Part shown: positions 23,579 to 33,557 of the stretch, one piece after another
Numbering within the stretch: the stretch's first letter is position 1
Layout of the letters: the number at the start of each line of letters is the position of its first letter
Assembly (NCBI GenBank): GCA_016213575.1
Contig: JACRAB010000448.1
Span: 1-46,454 of the forward strand
Direction of reading: 5' to 3'
DNA length: 46,454 nucleotides
DNA from: Actinomycetota bacterium
Lineage (GTDB): Bacteria > Actinomycetota > Actinomycetes > Actinomycetales > Kineosporiaceae
The notes under the pieces: model-generated
The model's database searches: none
What the model was told of the DNA's origin: nothing
What the model saw: the letters and a program-made list of their open reading frames with translations, nothing else
Position numbers and translations under genes: made by a program

Positions 23579-26299
23579 TCACCACTCCTCACCCGTGAGC
23601 CGCACGACGAGCAGCGCCGTGTCGTCGGTCGCGTCGGGGGTCAGCAGCGCGTGCGTGAGGTGCTCGCACACCCCCGGCAGCGGCACGGGGACGCCCTCGA
23701 CCACCGGCGACTGCACCCCGGCGCGCGCGTGCTCCGCGAAGGTCCGGAGCCCGACGGTCAGCGACTTGCCGCGGCGTTCGACGAGGCCGACGGTGTAGAG
23801 GACGAGGGTGTCGTCGGGGTCGAGGGTGGTGCGGGCGGTGGGGCGGGCGCCGATGCCGGGGACGCCGAGGAGCGGGGCGAGGCCCTCGTCGAGGAAGCGC
23901 GGGGCCCCGGTCGCGGGGACGACGAGGGGCGGCGGGTGGCCGGCGCACGTGTACGACAGCGCACCGGAGCGCGGGTCGAGGACGGCGTAGAACAGGCTCG
24001 TCATCGGGGCGCCGTCGATCTGGTCGACGTAGTCGTCGAGGCGTTCGACGAGGGCGGCGGGGTCGGTGACGACGGGGGCCAGGGCGCGCAGGGTGCTCCG
24101 GAGCTGGCCCATGGCAGCAGCGGCGGCGAGCGAGTGGCCGGCGACGTCGCCGATGACGAGGGCGGCCCAGCCGCCGGGCCGGGCGATGACGTCGTACCAG
24201 TCGCCGCCGAACTGCAGCTCGAGGGTGCCGGGGCGGTAGACGGTCGCGGCCTCGACGCCGGGGACGTCGTCCGGGCGGCCGAGGAGCGAGCGCTGCAGCT
24301 CGACGGCGATCGAGTGCTCTCGCTCGGCGGCGGCGGCGCGTCCCAGCGACTGGCCCGCGACCTGGCCGAGCGTGACGAGCAGGGACAGCTGCTCGGCGTC
24401 GAAGGGCTGCGGCCCGGCGAACCCGAGCGCGAGGCCACCCTGCAGAGTCGACGACAGGAACGGCACGGCCGCCCACGTCGACTCCTCGCTCGCGGCGAGC
24501 ACCGGGGCGAACTCCGGGTAGCGCTCGTACGCGTCCGCGATGGACGGCAGCGTCACCACCTCGCCGGTGCGGACTGCGTCCGCGAGCGGGGTCGCGGCGT
24601 CGGCGACGGTCTTGCCGGTCTCGTCGAGGTCGGGGTCCATCGGGCGGCCGCGGGTCGCTGCCGTCGCGAACCGGCCGTCCGGGCCGACGACGCGGATCAC
24701 CGCGCTGCTCGCGGACACCGCCCCGAGGCCGTGCCCGAGGACGGCGTCGAGCACGGCCTCGGTGCTCGTCGCCGCGGCCATGAGGGCGACGACCTCCTGC
24801 AGCGCGGTGAGGTGCTCGGTGTGCCGGCGCTGCGCCTCGTAGAGCCGGCCGCGCTCGAGCGCGAGCCCGGCCTGCGCGCCGACCGCCGTCGCGAGCGAGG
24901 CGAAGTCGTCGTCGAAGTCGCGGGCCTCGACGAAGCCCCAGCCGAGCGCGCCGATCGCCCGGCCGTCGACGACGACCGGCACCCCGGCGACCGCCTCGAA
25001 CGTCGCCGGCAGCTCGCCCGCGGCCGGGAACGTCGCGAGCACCTGCTCCCGCCCGCTCGCGCAGACGAACCGGCCGCTCTCGTACGCCGCGGTGAGCGGC
25101 ACCGCGCGGTCGCCGGCGAGGACGACGTCGAGCCGGGCCCGCTGCGCGTCGTCGTACCCGTGCGCCGTGAGCGCCCGCAGCCGCCCGCCCGGCCCGGGGA
25201 CGGCGAGCACCGCCGTCCGGCTGCCGAGCGCACCCGCCGTGAGCTCGGCGATGACGGCGACGATCTGCGCCGGCGTCGTGAGCCCGGACAGCCGCGCCGT
25301 GACGCCCTGGAGCAGCTCGGCGCGGGCCCGCGCCTGCCGCTCGGCGTCGAGCAGCCGGCTGCGCTCGGTCGCCGCCTCGGCCCGGACCTCGGCCGACCGG
25401 CGGGCGTCCTCGGCCTCGCGCCGCCGGCGCACCGACTCCTCGCGCTCGCCGATCTCCGCGGCGAGCGACAGAGCGACCACGACGACGAGCCCGATGAGCA
25501 GGTTGAGCGCGAACCACGTCGCGTCCTCGGAGACCCCGTCGGGCACCCGGATCCGCCCCGTCGCCGAGGCCTCGCCGAGGATCGTCGCCATCGCGAGCCC
25601 GGCGAGGCCGACCCCGCGGGTGCCGAGCAGGAAGGCCACCGCGACGAGCAGCAGCACGAGCACGTAGCCCAGCCAGACGACGTCCCAGCGGAAGACCGCG
25701 AGCGAGGCGAGCACGCACACGACGAGCAGCGCGACCCCGAGCGGGCCGCGCAGCCGCCGCCGGGTCGTGTCGTCCCCCGACCGCCAGCCGAGCACCGCCC
25801 CGCCGACGAGCAGCACGCCGAGCCCGTCGCCGAGCAGCCAGCGCGCGGCGAACAGCCACCAGTCCCGGGACCCGCCGTCCAGGGTGTTCGTCGTCGCCGC
25901 GACGACCGCCCCGACGAGCGGACCGCCGACGCAGGCGCACAGCACGAACGTCCAGAGGTCGCGGCGGCCGGCGAGGTCCGGACGGCGGACGGCGGCCCGC
26001 AGCAGCGCCGCACCGACGAGCGGCTCGAGGGTGTTCGCCAGCGCGTAGCCGACCGAGCCGGTGGGGCCGAGCCCGCTCGCGAGGTCGATCGTCAGCTCGG
26101 TGGCCCCGACCGCGAGCAGGATCCACGGCCAGCGCCGCCGCCGGGTCAGGGTCAGCGCCGCCAGCGTCACGCCGGCGGCGGGGAAGAAGCCCGGACCGAG
26201 CCCGCTGGAGTCGAACCAGGTCAGCGTGAGCTTCGCCCCGAGGGCGTAGAGGCCGGCCGTGAGCAGCGCCAGGCCAGCGGTGCCGGCGGCTCTGCGCAT
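23579..26299 (-). CDS. MASE1-GAF-GAF-SpoIIE (PP2C-type) phosphatase-like protein
   Basis: GGAGG RBS; FFPAAGV/ANTLEPL/WLLGDGLG TM domain; LQRSLL, GGDWYD, IGDVAGH, AGHPPP, YTVG (normally YTDG), DDTALL. Confidence 0.9.
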   Translation of the reverse strand: MRRAAGTAGLALLTAGLYALGAKLTLTWFDSSGLGPGFFPAAGVTLAALTLTRRRRWPWILLAVGATELTIDLASGLGPTGSVGYALANTLEPLVGAALLRAAVRRPDLAGRRDLWTFVLCACVGGPLVGAVVAATTNTLDGGSRDWWLFAARWLLGDGLGVLLVGGAVLGWRSGDDTTRRRLRGPLGVALLVVCVLASLAVFRWDVVWLGYVLVLLLVAVAFLLGTRGVGLAGLAMATILGEASATGRIRVPDGVSEDATWFALNLLIGLVVVVALSLAAEIGEREESVRRRREAEDARRSAEVRAEAATERSRLLDAERQARARAELLQGVTARLSGLTTPAQIVAVIAELTAGALGSRTAVLAVPGPGGRLRALTAHGYDDAQRARLDVVLAGDRAVPLTAAYESGRFVCASGREQVLATFPAAGELPATFEAVAGVPVVVDGRAIGALGWGFVEARDFDDDFASLATAVGAQAGLALERGRLYEAQRRHTEHLTALQEVVALMAAATSTEAVLDAVLGHGLGAVSASSAVIRVVGPDGRFATAATRGRPMDPDLDETGKTVADAATPLADAVRTGEVVTLPSIADAYERYPEFAPVLAASEESTWAAVPFLSSTLQGGLALGFAGPQPFDAEQLSLLVTLGQVAGQSLGRAAAAEREHSIAVELQRSLLGRPDDVPGVEAATVYRPGTLELQFGGDWYDVIARPGGWAALVIGDVAGHSLAAAAAMGQLRSTLRALAPVVTDPAALVERLDDYVDQIDGAPMTSLFYAVLDPRSGALSYTCAGHPPPLVVPATGAPRFLDEGLAPLLGVPGIGARPTARTTLDPDDTLVLYTVGLVERRGKSLTVGLRTFAEHARAGVQSPVVEGVPVPLPGVCEHLTHALLTPDATDDTALLVVRLTGEEW

Positions 26300-26455
26300 G
26301 GGACTGACCTCCGTCGACGTGGCGGCGCGGGTCGTGGGCCGGTGGTCTCCCGGCGGACGCGCTGGGTGGCCGCCGCCGACGGACACGGACGTTACTGCGT
26401 GGGCGGGCCGGTGGTCGTGCGTCCGGGGGAGAACGTCGGGCCGGCGCCCGGAACG

Positions 26456-29400
26456 TCAGGCCGGCGGCCGGGTGAGCACGAGGAGCGCGACGTCGTCGGC
26501 GAGGTCACGCTCGCCGATGCACCGGGCCAGGACCGCCTCGGCGACCCGGTCCGCCGACCCCGGCGCCCAGCGGCCGTCCGGGCCGGTGAGGACCACGCCC
26601 GCGGTCGCCCCGACGAGTGCCGCGATGCCGTCGTCGAGCGTCGCGAGCCGGTCCTCGACGAGACCGTCGGTGTAGCCGACGAGTGCGCTCCCGGGCGGGA
26701 ACGGGACGGTGACCGGGGTGCCGCGCGCCGGCGGCCCCGAGGGGTCGACGAGCCCGCTCACCCCGAGCAGCGGCCCGCGGGCGCCCCCGAGCGGTGCGGT
26801 CGCGCCGTCCGGCCCGCGCAGGACGAGCGGCGGGTGACCGGCGTGCGTGTACGTGAGCGTCCCGGCGGCGACGTCGACGACCGCGACGACCGCGGTCGCG
26901 AGCGAGACCGTCGCGACCTGCCCGGTCACCTGCTCGGCCCGGTCGAAGACCCGCTCCAGCGGCACCCCGGCGGCGAGCAGCGTCGACAGCACGGTGCGCA
27001 GCTGGGCCATGTCGGCGGCCGCCTCCATCCCGTGCCCGGCGACGTCGCCGAGGACGACGGCGAGCCGGCCGTCGGGCAGGACGAGCCCGTCGTAGAAGTC
27101 GCCGCCGATCCCGACCGACGTCTGCGCCGCCCGGTACGTCGCGTGCATCTCGAGGCCGTCGACCTCGGGCATCGGCCGCAGGAAGCGGCGCTGGAGGCCC
27201 TCGACGAGCTCGTGCTCCGCGGCGTGCAGCCGGGCCCGCTCGACGGTCTGCCCGCACAGCTCGGTGACGGTGTCGAGGGTGGCCCGCAGCACCGGGTCGA
27301 GGACGACGGGTGCGTCCCAGGCGAGCTCGAGGGTGCCGAGCGGGGAGTCCATGCTGTCGCGCAGGACGAGGACGACGGACGCCGGCCGGCGGGCCGCCGC
27401 GAGGTCCGTGGCGCCGAGTGCGGACGGCGCGGCACTCTCGGGACGGACCGGCTGCTCGCCCTCGAGGATCCGCAGCCGCGCGAGCGACGCGCCGACGACG
27501 GCCGGCGCGAGGCGGCCCACCGCGCAGGCGACGTCCGCGGCGGTGACCGCCGAGGCCAGCTCCTGCGCGAGCTCGGCGAGCGCACCGGTGCGCTGCGCGG
27601 CCACCACGTGGGCGTCGGTGAGCCGGGCCCGCTCGAACGCCTGGGCGCACAGCTCGGCGACGGTCTCGACCCGGGCGGTGAGCTCGTCGTCGAGGGAGTC
27701 GGTGCTCGCCCAGCCCATCGTGAGCGCCCCGAAGGCGCGGCCCGCCGCGTCGAGGAGCGGCGTCGCCACCGAGAGCGTCACGCCGGCGGCGGCACGGTCG
27801 GCCTGCACCCGGGCGGCGACGTCGGCGTCGCCGCCGACGTCCTGCGGCCGCACCGGGTCGGCGACCACGACGGTGCGCTGCTCCCGGACGGCGCGGACGA
27901 CGTCCAGCGGCGAGCTCATCGGCAGCGCCCGGTAGCGCAGCCGGAGCTCCTCGGGCAGGTCGGGCGGCTGGAGCAGGGACAGCGTGCCGCCGTCCGGGTG
28001 GGCGAGCCCGACCGTGGCGAACCGGCTGCCGACCGCCGCGCTGGCGTGGACGCCGATCGCGTCGCCGACCTCGGCGACCGTCGCCGCGGCGTTGAGCCGG
28101 CGGGCGAGGACGGCCAGGGCCGTGGCCTGGTCCACCGACCGGCGCCGGGCGGTGATGTCCGTCGCGGACGGCACGAGCGCGACGACCGCGCCGTCCTCGA
28201 CGACCGGCACGAGCTGGTAGTCGATGAGGATCGTGCCGTGCGCCATGCGCACCTCGAGCTCGAACCGGCTCGTCCGGCCGCGCTGCCCCGCGAGCACCGA
28301 CGCGTGCGCGCGCTCCACGACGTCGTCGTGCCAGGTGAACCAGGAGGTCTCCCAGAGCTTGCGGCCGACGACGTCCGCCATCGTCCGCCCGCCGGCCTCG
28401 ACCGCCGTCCGGTTCGCCTCGACGAGCGTCCCGTCGGGCAGGCACAGGCCGACGAAGGAGAAGAGCGAGTCGATGAGCTGGCGCAGCCTGCGCTCGCTGC
28501 GCCGTTGCGCCGTGACGTCGGAGAGCACCGCGACGACGCCGAGCACCTCGCCGGCCGGCGACCGCACGCGGTGGAAGTCCTCGACCCAGGTCCGCAGGTG
28601 CGGGGAGGCGGGGGTCCGGCCGGTGATCTCGACGTCCCGCAGCGGCTCGCCGGTCTCGAGCACCCTGCGCAGGACGGCGACCGCGTCGTCCCCGATGTCC
28701 GGGAGGACGTCGGTGACGTGGCGGCCGAGGTGGTCCTCGACGGGCACGCCGTTGACGGCCGCGAGGGCCGGGTTGACCATGGCGAACCGCAGGTCGGGGT
28801 CGAGGAGGGCGAGCCCGATCGGGGCCTCCTCGAACAGCGTCCGGAGCAGGCCCGGGACGTCCGGGACCGGGGCGGGGACGGTGACGTCCCCGGGGTGCGC
28901 CGGCGAGGGCACGGGCGGCCCGGACGGCGCCCGCGGCGCCGGTGCGTCGGTGCCGGCCCGCAGCGCGAGCCCCGCGAGGTCGGCAACGGTCGTGAGGAAG
29001 GCCGACCCGTCCCGGTCCGGGCGGCGCTCGTCGGCCCAGCCGAGCAGGAGCAGGCCGACGAGCCGGGCGCCGACGACGAGCGGCAGCGTCGCCGACGCGC
29101 CCTGCGGGCCGGCCGTGCCGGCCAGGGCCGGGAAGCGCTCCTCGTGCTCGGCCCGCGAGGCGAGCAGGACGGGCTCGCGCAGGACGGCGGCGTGCGCCAC
29201 CGGGGTGCCCGGGACGAGCCCGCCGGTGTACCGGGCGAGGTCCTGCGGCCCGAGCCCGACGGCGGCCGCGACCTCGAGCGCACCCTGCGCCCCGATGCGC
29301 AGCAGGGCCCCGGTCGCCGCGCCGCAGCCGGCGACCGCCTGGGTGAGCACGAGGGTCGGCGCGTCGGCCTCGTCCGGCGTCGCGACGAGGCTGTGGAGCA

Positions 29401-29491
29401 CGAGGCGGACGCGTTCGAGCACGTCGCGGGTGCGCGCGTCGGTGCCCTCGCCGGCGTCCACGGGCCGCCTCCCATCCCCCGGGTCCGTCAT
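26456..29491 (-). CDS. GAF-PAS-PAS-GAF-SpoIIE phosphatase
   Basis: APIGLALLDPDLRFAMVNPALA PAS; GGDFYD, GDVAGHG, AGHPP, YTDGLVE, DDVALL all intact; start either ATG 29491 or GTG 29461. Confidence 0.9.
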   Translation of the reverse strand: MTDPGDGRRPVDAGEGTDARTRDVLERVRLVLHSLVATPDEADAPTLVLTQAVAGCGAATGALLRIGAQGALEVAAAVGLGPQDLARYTGGLVPGTPVAHAAVLREPVLLASRAEHEERFPALAGTAGPQGASATLPLVVGARLVGLLLLGWADERRPDRDGSAFLTTVADLAGLALRAGTDAPAPRAPSGPPVPSPAHPGDVTVPAPVPDVPGLLRTLFEEAPIGLALLDPDLRFAMVNPALAAVNGVPVEDHLGRHVTDVLPDIGDDAVAVLRRVLETGEPLRDVEITGRTPASPHLRTWVEDFHRVRSPAGEVLGVVAVLSDVTAQRRSERRLRQLIDSLFSFVGLCLPDGTLVEANRTAVEAGGRTMADVVGRKLWETSWFTWHDDVVERAHASVLAGQRGRTSRFELEVRMAHGTILIDYQLVPVVEDGAVVALVPSATDITARRRSVDQATALAVLARRLNAAATVAEVGDAIGVHASAAVGSRFATVGLAHPDGGTLSLLQPPDLPEELRLRYRALPMSSPLDVVRAVREQRTVVVADPVRPQDVGGDADVAARVQADRAAAGVTLSVATPLLDAAGRAFGALTMGWASTDSLDDELTARVETVAELCAQAFERARLTDAHVVAAQRTGALAELAQELASAVTAADVACAVGRLAPAVVGASLARLRILEGEQPVRPESAAPSALGATDLAAARRPASVVLVLRDSMDSPLGTLELAWDAPVVLDPVLRATLDTVTELCGQTVERARLHAAEHELVEGLQRRFLRPMPEVDGLEMHATYRAAQTSVGIGGDFYDGLVLPDGRLAVVLGDVAGHGMEAAADMAQLRTVLSTLLAAGVPLERVFDRAEQVTGQVATVSLATAVVAVVDVAAGTLTYTHAGHPPLVLRGPDGATAPLGGARGPLLGVSGLVDPSGPPARGTPVTVPFPPGSALVGYTDGLVEDRLATLDDGIAALVGATAGVVLTGPDGRWAPGSADRVAEAVLARCIGERDLADDVALLVLTRPPA

Positions 29492-29547
29492 TGTCGCCCA
29501 CCCGGCCCGCGCCGGTCGACCACGGCCGGGTGACGCGCGGGCCGACG

Positions 29548-31140
29548 TCAGATGTCCGTGCAGAGCCGTCCGCGGCCGAGCGCCTTGGCCCGGTAGAGCC
29601 GGGAGTCCGCGGCCCCGAGCAGGTCGTCCACGGCCGGGGAGGGGCCGACGGCCAGGCCGGCGCTGACCGTCACCCGCAGCCCGGGGGACAGGTCGTCCCA
29701 GCCCAGCGCGTGGACGGCGTCGACGATCTCCTCGCCGCGGCGCCGGGCGTCGTGGCCGTGGACGGTGTCCAGGAGCAGCACGAACTCGTCGCCGCCGAGC
29801 CGGACGACGAGGTCCGACGGCCGGCAGTGCTCGGCGAGGACGGCGACGACGCGGCGCAGCACGTCGTCCCCGACGGCGTGGCCGAGATCGTCGTTGACCC
29901 GCTTGAAGTGGTCCAGGTCGACCATGAGCACCGCGAGGTGGTGGTCCTCGGGGTTGCGCCGCAGGCGCGTGAGGTGCCGGGCGTAGGCGTGCCGGTTCGC
30001 GGCGCCGGTCAGCTCGTCGAGGTAGGCGCGCTCGGCGAGCCGGGCGTTCTCCAGCTTGATCCGTTCCGCCTCGAGGCGGGCCCGGGCGGCGCCGAGGAGC
30101 TTGATCCGGGCGCTCCAGCGCAGCGCCGTCAGCTCGTCGACGTAGCGGGTCGAGGCGGGCGTCGCCCCGAGCCGGGCGGCGACGCCGAGGGCCATCATCC
30201 GGATCGTCGGCAGGTAGTCGTCGCTGAGCCGGGTGAGGGACTGCTCGACGAGGTCGGCCGCGACGTCGTCCCGGCCCGCCGCGAGCGCGCGGACCGCGCC
30301 GCCGAGCCGGGCGCAGCCGAGGTAGCCGGGCCACGACGAGGTCTCCACGCCCGCGCAGACCTCCTCGTACGGCGCGGGCTCCGGGTCGCCGGCGATCGCG
30401 GCGAGCAGGTAGTGCACCGCGGCGTTGTCCCGCAGCCACTGCGGCGGCAGGTCCTGGACGACGTCCGCGGGGAGCCGGCGCCGGTCGGCGGCCCGCCCCC
30501 GGGCGTCGTCGGTGAGCCCGGCCTCGGCGAGCGCGCACGTCCACGCGGCGTGCGCCTCGCTGCGGTTCAGCGCGACGACGCGCCGGTTGAACAGCCGGGT
30601 GCCCTCCAGGTCCGGCGGCAGCGGGACGGCGAGCGCCTCGTCCGCCCGCTCGTACATCTCCTCCTCGAGCTCCCAGAGGTTGCGGTGGCCGTAGCCCAGG
30701 CCGCACGCGATGTAGGCGACGGGGCGGTGGACGGCGGAGCCGCGGCCGTCGTCGAGGAGGGCGACGGCCCGGGCGAGCGCGGCGTCCGGTGCGGCCGGGC
30801 CCTCGCCCCGGTCCCGCTCGGGGAGCTCGCCGCGGGTCGCGACGACGAGGGCGCGCAGGGCGTCGTCGTCGGCCGCCTCGGCCTCGTCCTCCATCCGGTC
30901 GATGAGCTCCACCGGGTCGTCCCCGTCGAGCAGCGCGTGCGCGTAGACCGAGTAGTGGGCGAGCAGCGCGACGTCGTGCCAGCCGTGGGCGGCCGCGCGT
31001 TCGAGGAGGTCGCTCGCCGCGGTGCCGAGCGGGCCGCTCTGCGACTGCTCGAGCAGCGCGTAGCCGGCGACCACCGCCTCGGAGTGCGCGGGGTCCGCGG
31101 CGGACCACTCGGGCGCGACGACCATGCCCGAGGATTGCAT
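29548..31140 (-). CDS. Diguanylate cyclase (GGDEF) with helical N-terminal region
   Basis: DELTGAANR, DLDHFKRVNDDLGHAVGD, RxxD I-site RPSD, RLGGDEF, LYRAKALGR. Confidence 0.92.
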   Translation of the reverse strand: MQSSGMVVAPEWSAADPAHSEAVVAGYALLEQSQSGPLGTAASDLLERAAAHGWHDVALLAHYSVYAHALLDGDDPVELIDRMEDEAEAADDDALRALVVATRGELPERDRGEGPAAPDAALARAVALLDDGRGSAVHRPVAYIACGLGYGHRNLWELEEEMYERADEALAVPLPPDLEGTRLFNRRVVALNRSEAHAAWTCALAEAGLTDDARGRAADRRRLPADVVQDLPPQWLRDNAAVHYLLAAIAGDPEPAPYEEVCAGVETSSWPGYLGCARLGGAVRALAAGRDDVAADLVEQSLTRLSDDYLPTIRMMALGVAARLGATPASTRYVDELTALRWSARIKLLGAARARLEAERIKLENARLAERAYLDELTGAANRHAYARHLTRLRRNPEDHHLAVLMVDLDHFKRVNDDLGHAVGDDVLRRVVAVLAEHCRPSDLVVRLGGDEFVLLLDTVHGHDARRRGEEIVDAVHALGWDDLSPGLRVTVSAGLAVGPSPAVDDLLGAADSRLYRAKALGRGRLCTDI

Positions 31141-31190
31141 GTTCCCCCCATCGGCCACCGGACCGATCCGCTTGACGTCCCGAAAGCGGA

Positions 31191-31220
31191 TTGCGGGGCT
31201 AACAGTTGCGGGGCTAACGT
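31191..31220 (+). promoter_or_regulatory. MarR promoter/operator: 13-bp direct repeat
   Basis: TTGCGGGGCTAAC at 31191-31203 and 31206-31218; overlaps TTGCGG-N18-TAACGT, 7 nt before GTG 31228. Confidence 0.65.
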
Positions 31221-31227
31221 TCTCCGC

Positions 31228-31830
31228 GTGGATCCCGTGGAGCGCCCGGCCGGCTGCCAGGTGACGGCCGGCGCCCCGCTGACGACCCAGGTCCACGAGG
31301 CGTTCCTGCGGCTGGTCCACCGCCAGCGGCTGCTCCTGCAGCGGGTGCTGTCCCGCCACGAGCTGCACCCCGGGCAGGCGATGTGCCTGCGGGTGCTCGC
31401 CCAGCGGGACGGCGTCAGCCAGCGGGACATCGCCGAGACGCTCATGCTCTCCGCGCCGACCGTGACCCGGATGCTCCAGCGGATGGAGCGCTCCGGGCTC
31501 GTCGAGCGGGCCACCGACCCGGCCGACGCGCGGCAGACGGTCGTCCGGCTCACCCCGGTCGGGACCGGCCTGCAGGCGCTCGTCGACACCGCGCTCACCG
31601 AGTTCCTCGACCGGTCCCTGGCCCGGCTGCCCGAGCAGGACCTGCGTGACCTCGCGCGGCTCATGACCGCCTGGTGCGAGACGGCCGACCTCGAGGACGC
31701 CGCGAACGGCCCTTCCGACCCCGACCCGTCCGGCTCCGGCCTCTCGTGCGACCCGCCCGACCCGACCGACCCGACCGACCCGTCCGACCCCGACTCGTCC
31801 GGCCCCGTGCCGGCGGAGGGAGCCCCGTGA
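31228..31830 (+). CDS. MarR-family transcriptional regulator
   Basis: LHPGQAMCL..DGVSQRDIAETLMLSAPTVTRMLQRMERSGLVER..DPADARQTVVRLT; acidic Pro-rich tail. Confidence 0.92.
   Translation: MDPVERPAGCQVTAGAPLTTQVHEAFLRLVHRQRLLLQRVLSRHELHPGQAMCLRVLAQRDGVSQRDIAETLMLSAPTVTRMLQRMERSGLVERATDPADARQTVVRLTPVGTGLQALVDTALTEFLDRSLARLPEQDLRDLARLMTAWCETADLEDAANGPSDPDPSGSGLSCDPPDPTDPTDPSDPDSSGPVPAEGAP
31750..31785 (+). repeat. In-frame 9-bp tandem repeat GACCCGNCC x4 (DPx repeat)
   Basis: Encodes DPPDPTDPTDPS in the MarR tail. Confidence 0.8.
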
Positions 31831-33557
31831 CCCGGCTTCTGCGCACCTACCTGCGGCCGTACCGGCGGCAGGTGTGGATCGTCGTCGTCCTGCTCCTCGT
31901 CCAGGCGATCGGCAACCTGCTCCTGCCGAGCCTCAACGCCGACATCATCGTCAACGGCGTCGTCACCGGCGACACCGGCTACATCGTGCGCACCGGCGGC
32001 GTGATGCTCGCGGTCACGGCCGGTCTCGCCCTGGCCGCGATCGCCGGCGCCTGGTACAGCGCGCTCGCGTCGATGGGCTTCGGCCGGGACGTCCGGTCGG
32101 CGATCTTCCGCCGGGTGCAGGGCTTCTCGCTGCGCGAGGTCAACGACTTCGGCGCGCCGTCCCTCATCACGCGCAACACGAACGACGTCCAGCAGGTGCA
32201 GCAGGTCGTCCTCATGGGCCTGGCGTTCATGGTGTCCGCGCCGATCACCGCGGTCGGCGGCGTCATCATGGCGCTGCGCGAGAACGTCCGGCTGTCCGGC
32301 CTCATCGCCGTCGTCATCCCGGTCATGCTCGCGTTCATCGCGGTGATCCTCAGCCGGGCGATCCCGCTCTTCCGCGCGGTGCAGACGAAGATCGACCGGA
32401 TCAACCAGGTCATGCGCGAGCAGCTCACCGGCGTGCGCGTCGTCCGGGCCTTCGTCCGGACCCGGCACGAAGAGGCCCGGTTCGCCGAGGCGAACGCCGA
32501 CCTCACCGACACGACCCTGCGGGTGACCCGGCTCTTCGCCCTGACCATGCCGGCGATCATGTTCGTCATCAACGTCTCGAGCGTGCTCATCGTGTGGTTC
32601 GGCGGCCGGCTCATCGACAGCGGCCGGATGCAGATCGGCGACATGACGGCGTTCCTCAGCTACATGATGCAGATCCTCTTCAGCGTCATGATGGCCGTGA
32701 TGATGGCGGTCATGGTGCCGCGCGCGGCGGCGTCCGCCGAGCGGATCCAGGCCGTCCTCGACACGGTCCCCGCGGTGCACGACCCGCAGCAGCCGGTCGA
32801 GCCCGGCCCGCCCCGCGGCGTCGTCGAGCTGCGGGACGTCGAGTTCGGCTACCCCGGTGCCGAGGAGCCCGTGCTGCGCGGGGTCAGCGTGCGCATCGAG
32901 CCCGGCCGGACGACGGCCGTCGTCGGCAGCACCGGCTCCGGCAAGACGACGCTCGTCAACCTGCTGCCGCGGCTCTACGACGTGACGGCGGGCGCGGTGC
33001 TCCTCGACGGCGTCGACGTCCGGGAGATGCGCCAGGAGGACGTCTGGCGCCGGCTCGGGATCGTGCCGCAGAAGGCCTTCCTCTTCAACGGGACCGTCGC
33101 GACGAACCTGCGCGTCGGGCGCCCGGACGCGACCGACGAGGAGCTGTGGCACGCCCTCGAGGTCGCCCAGGCCGCGGACTTCGTCCGGGCGATGCCCGAC
33201 GGCCTCGACTCCCGGGTCGACCAGGCGGGCGCCAACTTCTCCGGCGGCCAGCGGCAGCGGCTCTCGATCGCCCGCGCGCTCGTGCGCCGTCCGGCCGTCT
33301 ACGTCTTCGACGACAGCTTCTCCGCGCTCGACTACGCGACCGACGCCCGGCTGAGAGCCGCGCTCGCCCGGGAGACGACGCAGGCCAGCGTCGTCATCGT
33401 CGCCCAGCGGATCAGCACCATCCTGGACGCCGACAGCATCGTCGTCCTCGACGGCGGCCGGGTCGTCGGCACCGGGACCCACGAGCAGCTCCTCGAGTCT
33501 TGCCCGACCTACGCGGAGATCGTCTCGTCCCAGCTCGCCGCGGCAGGTGCGGCGTGA
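31827..33557 (+). CDS. ABC exporter fused permease/ATPase, heterodimer subunit 1
   Basis: GSTGSGKT, FSGGQRQR, degenerate Walker B VFDDS and Q in place of the switch His (VAQR). Confidence 0.95.
   Translation: MTRLLRTYLRPYRRQVWIVVVLLLVQAIGNLLLPSLNADIIVNGVVTGDTGYIVRTGGVMLAVTAGLALAAIAGAWYSALASMGFGRDVRSAIFRRVQGFSLREVNDFGAPSLITRNTNDVQQVQQVVLMGLAFMVSAPITAVGGVIMALRENVRLSGLIAVVIPVMLAFIAVILSRAIPLFRAVQTKIDRINQVMREQLTGVRVVRAFVRTRHEEARFAEANADLTDTTLRVTRLFALTMPAIMFVINVSSVLIVWFGGRLIDSGRMQIGDMTAFLSYMMQILFSVMMAVMMAVMVPRAAASAERIQAVLDTVPAVHDPQQPVEPGPPRGVVELRDVEFGYPGAEEPVLRGVSVRIEPGRTTAVVGSTGSGKTTLVNLLPRLYDVTAGAVLLDGVDVREMRQEDVWRRLGIVPQKAFLFNGTVATNLRVGRPDATDEELWHALEVAQAADFVRAMPDGLDSRVDQAGANFSGGQRQRLSIARALVRRPAVYVFDDSFSALDYATDARLRAALARETTQASVVIVAQRISTILDADSIVVLDGGRVVGTGTHEQLLESCPTYAEIVSSQLAAAGAA

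Noticed and set aside
23651-29533. 1960-aa plus-strand ORF
   Set aside because: Antisense shadow of two SpoIIE genes that carry clear motifs.
29492-31108. Apparent 1550-aa fusion upstream of the second SpoIIE
   Set aside because: Arg-rich off-frame reading of the GGDEF gene, which has its own stop at 29548.
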